Part shown: in pieces, positions 10,212 to 21,218 of the stretch
Layout of the letters: every line of letters starts with the position of its first letter
How positions within the stretch are numbered: the first letter of the stretch is position 1
NCBI RefSeq assembly: GCF_006345805.1
Contig: NW_021824115.1
Span: 1-22,935, forward strand
Source of the DNA: Octopus sinensis
Lineage: Eukaryota
Reading direction: 5' to 3'
Length of the DNA: 22,935 nucleotides
Made by a program: the position numbers and the translations under genes
The notes under the pieces: model-generated
Databases searched by the model: none
Told to the model about the DNA's origin: nothing
What the model saw: only the letters and a program-made list of their open reading frames with translations

Positions 10212-12199
10212 TATAACAGGCTGGATATTGTTTGGGACAGACAAGAAAAAAGCATGTACCGTCATTGTAATCCGCTGCCCTGCCGATCTGAATATCTCTT
10301 CAAAAATCAAAAAGAGAGAAAGGCTATGGAAAACTCCTCCGAAACTTCCAGTTTCTAGACCCAAATTATAAATTCACATTTATACCAATAACTATTTGCA
10401 CTTGGTTTTGCGGATAAATGCCTAAGTGACAATTGAATAAGCTAGAAATTTCTGAAAAAGAAATCAACCAGCTAACATGGATATTACAACTACAATATGT
10501 AAGGGGAACAGTAAAAACATACAAGATTTTCTTCAAATTCAAAATGTAAATTTGTTTTTGTTAGCTACATGCTAATGATTGAACCTTGTGCCTGTATTAG
10601 AAACCAGCTCCGTCCTTACAGGAAGTCGTCAAATGATTAAAGGATTAAAAATAAAAGAGAAAATAGCTACATCCACATACACACGAATATATATGCGTAT
10701 ATACATTTATTTACTATGCTGTTCCGTTTATAGCAGTATCAACAAAAAAGTATTTTATCCAATGAGAGATAAATATCATTTATTATACACAGTATTTAAG
10801 TATGAGTTACAAATAGTTTCATGCTGGGAGAACACGATAATACTATGTAACACGACGTTTGTCTTTAGGTAGCAACTGTTATTTCCTATTTTATTACTTC
10901 TAGAAAGTAGGAAAAATGGCTAATGTTTCCTTCATACTTTGCTCTTATTACATTTATTCATACCTCAAAGAATCCCTCTCAACATATGTCTATGATGCTC
11001 TCCTGCTACTCCTGCTCATGATCAGAGATGCACATATTGTCAGCCACTAAGGGACATGCTCAAGTGGTTAAGGTCAAACAACTGACCAGCAAATCTGTGG
11101 TATTGGGAAGAATATTTGCTATAACGATATTTCTACTTCATCAACTCAGCGCTGAATCTGTCTGAAATGTAATGGAAAAGTGATCAGTTTCAAAACATGG
11201 ATGTTGAGGCTGCAAAAGCAAAGTCTGAAAGGAATGGTAGTCATTTTCCTTGGTAGAAGCAAATAGGAAATAGCACTTATTGACCAAAACAAAAAATAAT
11301 AATGAATAAATAAAAATTACAGCAGATTTATATTTAAGCCTTTTGTCTCCAATCAATCCTTCAGGCTCGAATACACAACATGACTAGTCTGCGAGGAGAC
11401 ACGAGAGAAAGCAAAAGGAAGGTGAATACAAAAACTGGAATAAGAAAAACCGGTACGAGAAAACAGAATGTAAAAAAAAAATAAAAAAACTGAAAAAGAA
11501 AGGAAAAACCAAGATAATCTTATTTAAAATAAGCGTTGTTTAAAGTCTTCGGCCATGCCACAATATTTTTCTCTTTTCTTTTTGCTCGTTGATTGTTACC
11601 AATTTCATAGCTTCAAAAATTTAAGGAAGAGCCCTTCAACCGCTCAAGCATTTATCATTACAAAATTTGACAAGCAGAGACTTTAGAGATTTTTTTCTTC
11701 TTTTTCTGAAAGGCAAATCAGCTCAAGGGAAACTTCGAACGTCAAACAGAAAGGGGACTTGTTTAATGCCGAAATAAAGACATGAAGCGAGTCTATGTAA
11801 ACGGAGTAACACTTTCCCTAATTCACGTCTCACGGAGGTCACCGAATGTAAAACAAATGAAAGTTCAAATAACGTGGCATCGTGGCCTGAGTGTCTGAGC
11901 CCTTATTGACGACGAACCGTTATCTAGGAGGTGCAGTTTAATGCTTATCATACTGTTGTGTGTCTCCGCCCTCATCGTCGAAGAATGACGTTATGATGGT
12001 AAAAAGAAGGCAAAACGCGATGGGCATCAAACGCATGCCGGCTGCTACCACATGCATACATACGTATTTTTGTGTGTGTGTGCGTTTTGAGTATGTCTAT
12101 ATTATTCATATGTATAAATAAATGTCTGTGTAGGTATGCATGCATGCAAGCATGGATGCAGATATTATTGGTTTCAAATGTTGTTCGTTCAAAAGCATG

Positions 12200-12203
12200 A
12201 ATT

Positions 12204-12241
<38 letters not shown>

Positions 12242-12655
12242 AATTCATAAATATGTATGACATATACACAAGCATACGCATGCACACATATGCACAAATG
12301 AACAGGGGCCGAGACGTGCGCGTAAGGATACACACATTAGAAAAATCAGAATGGAGTAAGTGGAGCAAGAACATACACGAAAACGAAAAGTGTCGCTGAA
12401 GAGGTCACAGATGAGTGGCGAAAGACTTGCGGACAATGGACATGAGTAAAAATAATCAAATAAGAACAGCAATAAACGAGTGAAGAAACAAATATATAAT
12501 GCGTGTGTCTATTTGGCCAAAAAAAAATGACCATTCCAAAATACAACGCCTATAAATATATATATATATATATAGATATATATATATATTATATATATAT
12601 ATATGTATGCATGTATATATGTATGTGTAATATGCATATTTTATTAGGTTATATG

Positions 12656-12688
<33 letters not shown>

Positions 12689-12718
12689 CATCTATCTATT
12701 TATCTATCTATCTATCTC

Positions 12719-12749
<31 letters not shown>

Positions 12750-12835
12750 CTTTGACATATATATGTGTATATGTACGTGTGAACATATCTCTGAGTATAT
12801 ATATATAAATATATATATATGCATGTGGATCTATG

Positions 12836-12866
<31 letters not shown>

Positions 12867-12867
12867 C

Positions 12868-12899
<32 letters not shown>

Positions 12900-13707
12900 A
12901 TATGCATGTATATGTAAATACATATAATAGATAGCAGCCTGAACATTTACAAACTATGAATATAAAATGTAGAACGATGTATTATTATTATTATAGACGC
13001 TGGGTGGGGGCATTGGGGGGAAATGCGAACATTTAGAAACGAATATAAGTATAACAGAAAGTAATGGTTAGAAAGAAAGAAAAAACAACAACAACAACAG
13101 CAACAACACTAACAAAAACAAAAACAAAAACTCCTGCCAAAAACAACAAAAGTGTGGTGTAGTGCGTATGTCAAACGATTATTACGATATTGTAATTAAT
13201 TATCTGACATCACAAACTCACCTCATCAAAGTATTGCACCTTTTAGGAGAGAGATAATCAACGTTGAATGTGTTTCTCTATAGGTAACTTGATAATCCAA
13301 ACTTTATAACAGTACCGCCAATATCTATATGACAAATATTATACGTACATACATACGTATGTATATATATGTGGTTATATGTATGTATACATATTAGAAG
13401 AGTGGTGACTCAGTTGTCTATCGCTAACTTTTCCAATATATTCATTTGCACTCTTTATACTTGAACGTATGTTTACTTACCCTCTACGCATGCAAACACT
13501 CACACCACATACATAAATACACACATATAAACACACACATATACACACACACGCACTCATATATATATATACGTATACATACATACCTACATACACACAT
13601 GCAAACGAACTCATACGTGTATAAGTAAGTTTGGTGCGATAGAAACTTCCATTAATACTTGTATGCATACGCAGATAGGTAAGATGCTACGTTCATATAT
13701 GCACAAG

Positions 13708-13755
<48 letters not shown>

Positions 13756-14816
13756 ATATATATATTATATAAATATTTATATATTATATATAGATATATA
13801 TATATATATATGAATGCCTTTACATCGTCGTTTTTGTTGAAAATACATATAAAAAGTTTATACCTGCAAAGAATTTCTGCCTTTGGTGTTTGTGACTCTA
13901 GAACAATTTCATGGAATATATATATATATATATAATTATATATAATATATATATAATACATACATATATTTTGTATTTATGTATTTATGTATATATGTAT
14001 ATATATTTATATTACTATATACAAGTCTAAACATACGTACTCGTACATTAGCATATACACGTATGCATATATCTTACGTTCACGTATGTTCTCTATCTGC
14101 TGGTCATGTGCTTTTATCTGCTGTGATATATAATATATATATGTATACTGGACTATATAGTAAAGCTGAACTAATTACCTTCGTTTGAAATCCGTTTAAC
14201 TACGTAAATGGGATAAAAAGAATAAACCCATAGCCGCACACAGACGCACAGACACTTACACAAACACACAAGATTTTATATCTATCTAAGTATATGTGTT
14301 TGTTTGGAGAATATGGAATTTTGGTGTTTTATCAAAGAAATTCCTGCTGGTCACACGGCCTCAGTTTTATGGTCAACAAGATACGTTATTGTGGAGGATG
14401 TTGTTTCGTTGCTAGCAAATCGCCATTTCTGATCAAAACCGCCTTTACCTCCAATCAACGTTTAATGGTTTGAGAGAGATGACCACATGCTCTGCGAATA
14501 ACTTGGGTGTACGAATCTATTTGTAAATAAGTAAATAAGCATGACGGCCTGCTTCTTAACGCTTCCGCCCCACACCTCACTCTGACTCTGTGTGTGTGTG
14601 TGTGTGTTGTGTGTGTGTGTGTGTATATATTTGTATAAATTAGGGTATATATCTGTTGTGTGTGTGTACGTATGTACACGTCCGCACACATAATTATGTG
14701 TGTATGATTAAATATACAGCATTTTATATGTATAGGTATATGCATCTTTGCATGCCGATAAAAAGTTGGCGTATATGCTTGAGTTGATATATTTATAAAT
14801 ATACACACACACAGAT

Positions 14817-14847
<31 letters not shown>

Positions 14848-14900
14848 CATATATACATACATATCTATGTATGCATATTATTATATATATATATATATGC

Positions 14901-14931
<31 letters not shown>

Positions 14932-15091
14932 AATATGTATATTAATATGTATATGTGCGTGTATTAATATATATACGTATGTATTTATGCATTTATACGT
15001 TTTCATTTAAGTGGTGGTGCATGTGTGTGGGTATGTGTGAGTGTGTGTGTATATGTGTGTATGTGTATTAATATATACATGTATGTATATG

Positions 15092-15145
<54 letters not shown>

Positions 15146-15177
15146 ATATTATATTATATATACATAAATATACTAAT

Positions 15178-15215
<38 letters not shown>

Positions 15216-15310
15216 ATATGTATGTAAGTATGTGTATGCATATAGATTTATGTATATATTGTAATGTGTTGTGTGTTTGTAAGTATGTATGTATGCATGC
15301 ATGCACATAT
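12200..15310. repeat. Microsatellite-dense region (TA, TG, CA, TCTA, TATG) with short unique spacers
   Basis: Main blocks at about 12200-12241, 12556-12915, 13500-14050 and 14588-15310. Confidence 0.9.
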
Positions 15311-15916
15311 ATATCTGTATGCATATTCGTTACTAGTATCTGAGAGTGCGCTTGCGTGCCGTATAGAACGCGGTAAGGGCAGAAGACTGGACGTGTTTTT
15401 GTTTCCCGTAAAAGGATGCATAATGAATAAAACGCCAAAATATAGCGAATGTTCTGATCTCGGTTTGATTGTTGATAATAAAAATATTTTGCCAACTCTT
15501 CTGTCCCTTCATACGATATTACGAAATTAGTCATTAGCTTAAACAGACTGATTCCGGTCAGAAACGAAGCTTTATATATTTTTTATCTCAAGATAAAGAG
15601 CTTTGGTTTTAATAGTTTCCATTCATTTGGCCAGCTATTACTGGCTCTCTGTCTAACAGTCATGTTCTAGAAAGCAATACGTTCGGGGACGGGAATCTGT
15701 ATGAAGATTTCTACGTTTTTCGTTTTTTTTATTTATATTTCCTTCTTGAGCTCAAGATAGTGTTTGAAAGGAGATATGATGGTTCTTGTGAAATATAAAT
15801 ACGCACACACACACTGGCACTCACACTCAACCCCCCCCCACATATTCACTCCCTCTGTTTCTCAGACACGCACACAAATTTATATACACAGGCATATACA
15901 TACATATTTGTTTAAC

Positions 15917-15963
15917 AAAACTGTCCGACGAACGGGAACGTGAAACTCCGAGTAACAGCTTTT
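15917..15963 (+). ncRNA. Minimal type I hammerhead-like ribozyme (U4 changed to C)
   Basis: Stem I CTGT/ACAG, extended by AAA/TTT after one mismatch; core CCGACGA (15925-15931); stem II ACG-GGAA-CGT; GAAA 15942-15945; stem III ACTC-C-GAGT; GUA triplet ending at 15954. Confidence 0.7.
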
Positions 15964-16062
15964 GTTATATTTCTGCTGCATTTAAATAAAACATCTTTCT
16001 TAACCTCTGGTATTTGAGTACTCTTTTTTTCCACCTTGTATCACATTTTTGTGCTTACTTCG

Positions 16063-16064
<2 letters not shown>

Positions 16065-16143
<79 letters not shown>

Positions 16144-16730
16144 TTGAAATGTATTTGAGAAATGAAAAAGAAAGACTTCATTGGTAGTACTAATCAGTTT
16201 AATTTTTAATTTTTTTATAATATAAACTTTAGTTCATAGATCTATGAACAAAAATTTATATTAGCAATTTTTTTTATATAATAAACTAGCTGATTAGAAC
16301 TACAAGTTAAGTAATTCATTTTCATTTTTTTTTCAAATATACCTAAGTGTTCCAAGTATCTCACATATTATCCAATATGTATATATATATTATATATATA
16401 TATATATATACATACATACATATATGGTAAACGAAATATGGAAGAGGGATTGTACGTGTTATATTACTATGCTGTACTAGTAAGCTACCAAGTGTAAATC
16501 ATTCGTTTTATTGTCCAATATATATATAAACATACATGTAAACTGATACATATCCACACATGTGTATATGCATACATACATGTATCTATATATATATACA
16601 CACACACACACATATAATATATATATACAAATATGTGTGTATATAAGCATACATACAGATACACATGCATACACACACACACATATATGTAAACATACAT
16701 ACATTCATACGTACATACACACACATATAT
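16065..16730. repeat. (TA)n, (TG)n and (CA/TACA)n microsatellites
   Basis: Blocks at 16065-16142 and about 16378-16730. Confidence 0.9.
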
Positions 16731-16997
16731 ACGACGACCCATCCATCTCCCGGGGAAGTGGGTATTAACCCATTCATGAAGGACAATAATACTTCTCGTA
16801 TTCGCCCTTCAAGTTCTTCCAAAGTCTTTGGTTTGGTAGTTTGGTACACTAGACTTGCTCTTTTAACCAACCCCAAACAAAGAAGTAACAGAATGTTAAA
16901 TCCGGATTCCTGGATTGCCACTCAAGCGGACCACAACGACCCAACCATCTCTCGGGGAAGTGGATATTCACCGATTCACGAACGACGAAAGCAATAC
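16731..16997 (-). pseudogene. Tc1/mariner-superfamily transposase C-terminal remnant (DD37D/maT-like), frameshifted
   Basis: The minus strand reads IAFVVRESVNIHFPERWLGRCGPLEWQSRNPDLTFCYFFVWGWLKEQV*, then in a shifted frame TKPKTLEELEGRIREV. This matches the family motif WP.RSPDL.PCDFFLWG.LK..VY...P.TLEEL..RI. Confidence 0.85.
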
Positions 16998-17140
16998 GAT
17001 TGCAGATTAAATTCTCATGCTTCAAAAAACAAACAAAAATTTGAGAAATAAATTACAATTAATAAATAATTTATAAGTATTTTAAAATAGGAAGTTACTA
17101 TCAATCACCTGTACATAAACTCACAACTCTTCAACTTCTA

Positions 17141-17440
17141 ACGAGGTTCGACGCGTAAAACTCACGGATCTTTAATATATTTATAAAATATGTGACAATT
17201 AATTGGTTGTAATAACAAAACTCAGAGGTTCGGATATCGGGGCAGAAGTCTGATCCGGCATCTCAGTTAATTTTTTTTAGTTTATTTATTTATTTATTTT
17301 TTGCGTTAATAACTGATGAGATGCCGAAGCAGACTTCAGCCCCGGAAATCGAAACTCTGAGTTATATTATGACAACCAATTGTCACATATTATATTTATA
17401 GATAAATTCCTCTATTTTACGTAATATCGAGGTCTCATTC
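17141..17440. repeat. Second palindromic element; inner arms about 17187-17269 and 17310-17391, weaker outer symmetry
   Basis: AATATGTGACAATT...GGTTGT...AACTCAGAG...GGGGC.GAAGTCTG...CGGCATCT...CAGTTA is mirrored on the other side of a T-rich spacer of about 40 bp. Confidence 0.85.
17306..17370 (+). ncRNA. Type I hammerhead-like motif with canonical core
   Basis: CTGATGA 17313-17319; stem II GAT/ATC plus CCG/CGG; GAAA 17351-17354; stem III ACTC-T-GAGT; GUU triplet; stem I TAATA/TATTA after an A-A mismatch. Confidence 0.6.
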
Positions 17441-17483
17441 ATTCTTTTGTTGTCAGATTATCATTATTATTATATGTTATAGT

Positions 17484-17510
17484 GGTGTGTGTGTGTGTGT
17501 GTATACATAC

Positions 17511-17541
<31 letters not shown>

Positions 17542-17575
17542 GATAGATAGATAATTCATATATATATATATAGAT

Positions 17576-17648
<73 letters not shown>

Positions 17649-17649
17649 T

Positions 17650-17731
<82 letters not shown>

Positions 17732-17757
17732 TATAGATAGATAGAGAGAGAGAGATA
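17484..17757. repeat. (TG)/(TACA)/(TA)/(GATA)n compound microsatellite
   Basis: Directly visible. Confidence 0.97.
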
Positions 17758-17789
17758 ATTCATTTAAAGGGAGCAGCACATGTCTTTAA

Positions 17790-17844
17790 GTGATACTAAT
17801 AGTTTCCTGTGGTGAGAAATGCTAAAACATAATTCATCAGGCAC
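17790..17844 (-). ncRNA. Weak hammerhead-like remnant
   Basis: The minus strand reads GTGC-CTGATGA-27 nt-GAAA-CTATTAG-TA-TCAC, giving palindromic stem III ACTA-T-TAGT and GUA, but there is no convincing stem II. Confidence 0.3.
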
Positions 17845-17999
17845 AAACCACAAGGCATAACGAACTAAAAACATTGAATAATAGAAGAAACACGAAAAAT
17901 AAGTGAGAAGGCAGTATATACAAAACGCAGAAAGTGGAAAAAAAAAACGGAAAACGAAAAACGCTTTATACGTGTGTAACTATGTATATATATGCGCAT

Positions 18000-18395
18000 G
18001 TATGTGTATGTGTGTATGTGTGTGTATGTGTGTGTGTGTGTGTGTGTGTGTTTATACAGCATAAACAAGTAAAATAAATTACTCAATTAAGAAGTAACCA
18101 ACCAACCGACCAACCGACCAACCGACCAACTAACCGACCGACCGACCGACCAACCAGCATCCAAACATTCAAGAGAGATCAAGATCTTGAGATTGATGAT
18201 ACTTCAGTGTGTGTGTGTATGCGTGTGTGTGTGTGTGTATGTGTGTGTCTACGTGTGTGTATTTGTTGATATTTTCGATACTTAATATAACCCAGGTGCA
18301 AACTGTTGCTTATCTTGTTATTATTATCAGTGTTGTTGTTGTTCTTTTATTATCATTATTATTATGCTCATTGTTGTTGTTATTGTTATTATTAA

Positions 18396-18438
<43 letters not shown>

Positions 18439-18862
18439 GTCGACTATTTTTTTTCGTGTCTTTTCTCTCTCTATTTTTCTCTCTCTAATCTATCGTCGGA
18501 GATGTATAAATCTTATAATCTTCTTGCACCCAACTCTCACAGATTATCTCTCCGGCTTGAAATCTTGCAGACTTTGCGATATCGTCGGGTCTCCTATCTA
18601 TAAATGTTCTGAACTCCAGTTGCAAATTAATAACTAAATAGGCAAATAGCTTACCTGAACCAGTCAAACTCCTATCTATCCAATAGCTTATATATAATGA
18701 TCGCGCACGCGTGCCTACGCGTTGTATATATATATATATAATATATATATAATATATATATATATTATATATATTATATATTTCTATATTTATTTATATA
18801 TATATATATATATTATGTATGTATGCATGTATGTATTTATATATATATATGTGTGTGTGTGT
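18000..18862. repeat. Microsatellites: (TG)n, (AACC/GACC)n at 18096-18155, (TTA/TTG)n at 18320-18440, (TA)n
   Basis: Directly visible. Confidence 0.92.
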
Positions 18863-18890
18863 AGCTTTTATCCACTATGCATATGCCCGT

Positions 18891-19066
18891 GGGCATATGG
18901 CGTAGTGGTTAAGAGCGCGGGCTACTACACTCAAGATTCCGAGTTCGATTCCGGCAGTGACCCGAATAATAATAATAATAATAACAATAACAATAATAAT
19001 AATAATATCAATAATAATAGCAATAATAATAACAATAATAATAATAATAATAACAACAATAACAAC
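18891..19066 (+). mobile_element. tRNA-derived SINE head with intact Pol III A and B boxes and an (AAT/AAC)n tract
   Basis: A box TGGCGTAGTGG (18898-18908), B box GAGTTCGATTCC (18941-18952), no proper anticodon stem, followed by (AAT)n. Confidence 0.75.
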
Positions 19067-19072
19067 ATCGAA

Positions 19073-19183
19073 GAATAATAAGTACTAGGCTTACAAAAAA
19101 TAAGTCCTGGACTCGATTTGCTCGACTAAAGGCGGTGCTCCAGTATGGCCGCAATCAAATGACTGAAACAAATAAAAGAATAA
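19073..19183 (+). mobile_element. Family B SINE 3' fragment
   Basis: AAGTACTAGGCTTACAAA...CTCGACTAAAGGCGGTGCTCCAGTATGGCCGCAATCAAATGACTGAAAC aligns to about 20608-20717. Confidence 0.85.
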
Positions 19184-19360
19184 CAGAATAACCAGCTGAA
19201 TATCTAACAGTAAAGCAAGTCACCATATCAAAGTGGCAGTTGAATGCTCCTATTAGTTTAACCCCAGGCAGATTCTCCGCCAGCTGGTTTTTGGTGCAAC
19301 GCTCTGCACCATAAGTTAAGATCAACATGTACGATACATAGCTGTTATAGAAATGTTATA

Positions 19361-19554
19361 CAGTAATCCCTCGCCACATCGCGGTTCACCCATCGCGCAC
19401 TCAGTATATCGCGGAGTTTTCTGGCTAATATATCTAAATTTATATTGTACATCACGGGTATCTGCGGCCGATAGGCATTTATATATTTTTAGATTTTAAT
19501 TATCTCTGTGGGAGGTTTTGGAACGTAATGCCCATGATAGTCGAAGGATTACTG
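19361..19554. mobile_element. 194-bp Tigger/pogo-like MITE with TA target duplication
   Basis: TA|CAGTAATCCCTCG...CGAAGGATTACTG|TA: 13-bp TIR with one mismatch, TA on both sides. Confidence 0.85.
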
Positions 19555-20053
19555 TATCAGCAAAGGTACCGGACATTTTTCTTTAATTACGGGAGCAATT
19601 TAAAGGTCTGCGCTCTGTCCCAAAATCTATTATATTGCGCCAGTATTTCAAATCAATAATATTGTTATTCATAAAATTTTTACCTGGGACCCAACTATTT
19701 GAAATTGCAGCAATCTCCAGGTGTTTAATACTCTGTAGGTATTTATCCTGTGTTAATCATGCGAGAAACCGATCTTATCTTATCGTCTAAATATATCTGA
19801 GGAGGTGCATATGAGGGTACAGGTGGTGTTTTGTCTGAGTGAATAATTTAAAAGATCTAATATGGCGTTTTGTGCTGATTAGTTTGAAAACCAGTCTAGA
19901 CTAATTTTCAATTATTTAATCCTGCCTCGATTCGAGGCCAGAAATTCCAGAATTGCTCCCAAAAGTGAAAAGAAAGAAGCTATACACTGTCCGAAATAGT
20001 ACATCAATATTCCTCACTTATAGATTTTTCACCATAACTGAAGCCAAAAGACA

Positions 20054-20432
20054 CTCTCTTTTTACTCGTTTACTTGTTTCAGTAATTTGTCTGTGGCCAT
20101 GCTGGAGCATCGCCTTTAGTCGAGCAAATCGCCCCCAAGACTTATTTTTTGTAAGCCTAGTACTTATTCTATCGGTCGCTTGTGCCGAAACGCTATGTTA
20201 CGGGGACGTAAACACACCAGCATCGGTTGTCAAGCGATGTTGGGGGGACAAACACAGACACACAAACATATACACAGACATACACATATATATACATGTA
20301 CACGACGGGCTTCTTTCAGTTTCCGTCTACCAAATCCACACACAAGGCTTTTGGTCGGCCCAAGGCTATAGTAGAAGACACTTACCCAAGGTACCACGCA
20401 GTGGGACTGAACCCGGAACCATGTGGTTGCTA
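20054..20432 (-). mobile_element. Family B CORE-like SINE, near full length
   Basis: The minus strand reads ...CCACATGGTTCCGGGTTCAGTCCCACTGCGTGGTACCTTGGGTAAGTGTC (CORE-like CCTTGGG.AAGT), then a microsatellite linker and the 3' tail. Confidence 0.85.
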
Positions 20433-20717
20433 AGCAACCACATGAAAACTGAAACGGAAACTGAAAGAAGCCAGTCGTAAATATTTATATATATATATGT
20501 GTGTGTGCGTGCGTGCATGCGTGTGTGTGTGTGTGTATGTTTGTCCCCCCCACATCACTTGACAACCGATGCTGGTGTGTTTACGTTCGGCAAAAAAGAC
20601 TGATAGAATAAGTACTAGGCCTACAAAGAATAAGTCCTGGGGTCGATTTGCTCAACTAAAGGCGGTGCTCCAGTATGGCCGCAGTCAAATGACTGAAACA
20701 AGTAAAAGAGTAAAGAG
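20433..20717 (+). mobile_element. Family B SINE with internally deleted head, inverted relative to its neighbour
   Basis: AGCAACCACATG joined to ...ACGGAAACTGAAAGAAGCC, then a TG linker and a tail ending GTAAAAGAGTAAAGAG. Confidence 0.85.
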
Positions 20718-20876
20718 CAAATGGTTTCACTAAAGTTACACCCTTGCGTGAAGATTTAAAATTGACGTCACATTTGATAGCGTAGTTCTAGATAAGCTAT
20801 GCATGAATAATGATAATAATAATAATAATTATAATAATAATAATAATATAAAAAATTATAATAATAATAATTTTTT

Positions 20877-21106
20877 TATTTCTTTACTACCCACAAGGGG
20901 CTAAACAGAGAGGGGACAAACAAGGACAGACAAACGGATTAAGTCGATTATATCAACCCCAGTGCGTAACTGGTACCTAATTTATCGACCCCGAAAGGAT
21001 GAAAGGCAAAGTCGACCTCGGCGGAATTTGAACCCAGAACGTAGCGGCAGATGAAATGCGGCTACGCATTTCGCCCGGCGTGCTAACGTTTCTGCCAGCA
21101 TGCGCC
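20877..21106 (-). mobile_element. Single family A SINE between (AAT)n tracts
   Basis: Full unit alignable to 5180-5408; (AAT)n at about 20807-20870 and 21148-21217. Confidence 0.9.
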
Positions 21107-21146
21107 ATGACTTCGTTAATCTGAACTCTCGTTGAATTCTTCAGTA

Positions 21147-21218
<72 letters not shown>

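Noticed and set aside
10806-10850. Minus-strand GAAACTATTTGTA resembling the 17794 motif
   Set aside because: No CUGANGA-like core upstream and the palindrome is imperfect.
10950-11120. Sequence resembling an interspersed repeat recalled from octopus genomes
   Set aside because: It is single-copy in this window with no boundaries or TSD, so it cannot be supported without a database search.
12390-12437. CTGAAGA-GGTCAC...GTGGC-GAAAGACTT hammerhead-like motif
   Set aside because: The core and a bulged stem II are possible, but stem III is only AG/CT and stem I is out of register; chance cannot be excluded.
12999-13020. G-rich stretch as a G-quadruplex
   Set aside because: Only three separate G-tracts, so it does not meet the four-tract pattern.
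3075-13412. TGACTCA (AP-1-like) sites at 3075-3081 and 13406-13412
   Set aside because: A 7-mer is expected by chance in 23 kb and there is no linked gene.
3-18637. Dozens of ORFs rich in IY/YI, VC/CV, HT, LS, YLSI or polyL/I/N
   Set aside because: They are translations of stop-free microsatellites and have no protein-like complexity.
18891-18965. Functional tRNA gene
   Set aside because: A and B boxes are present, but the anticodon and acceptor stems do not pair and an (AAT)n tract follows; this is SINE-like.
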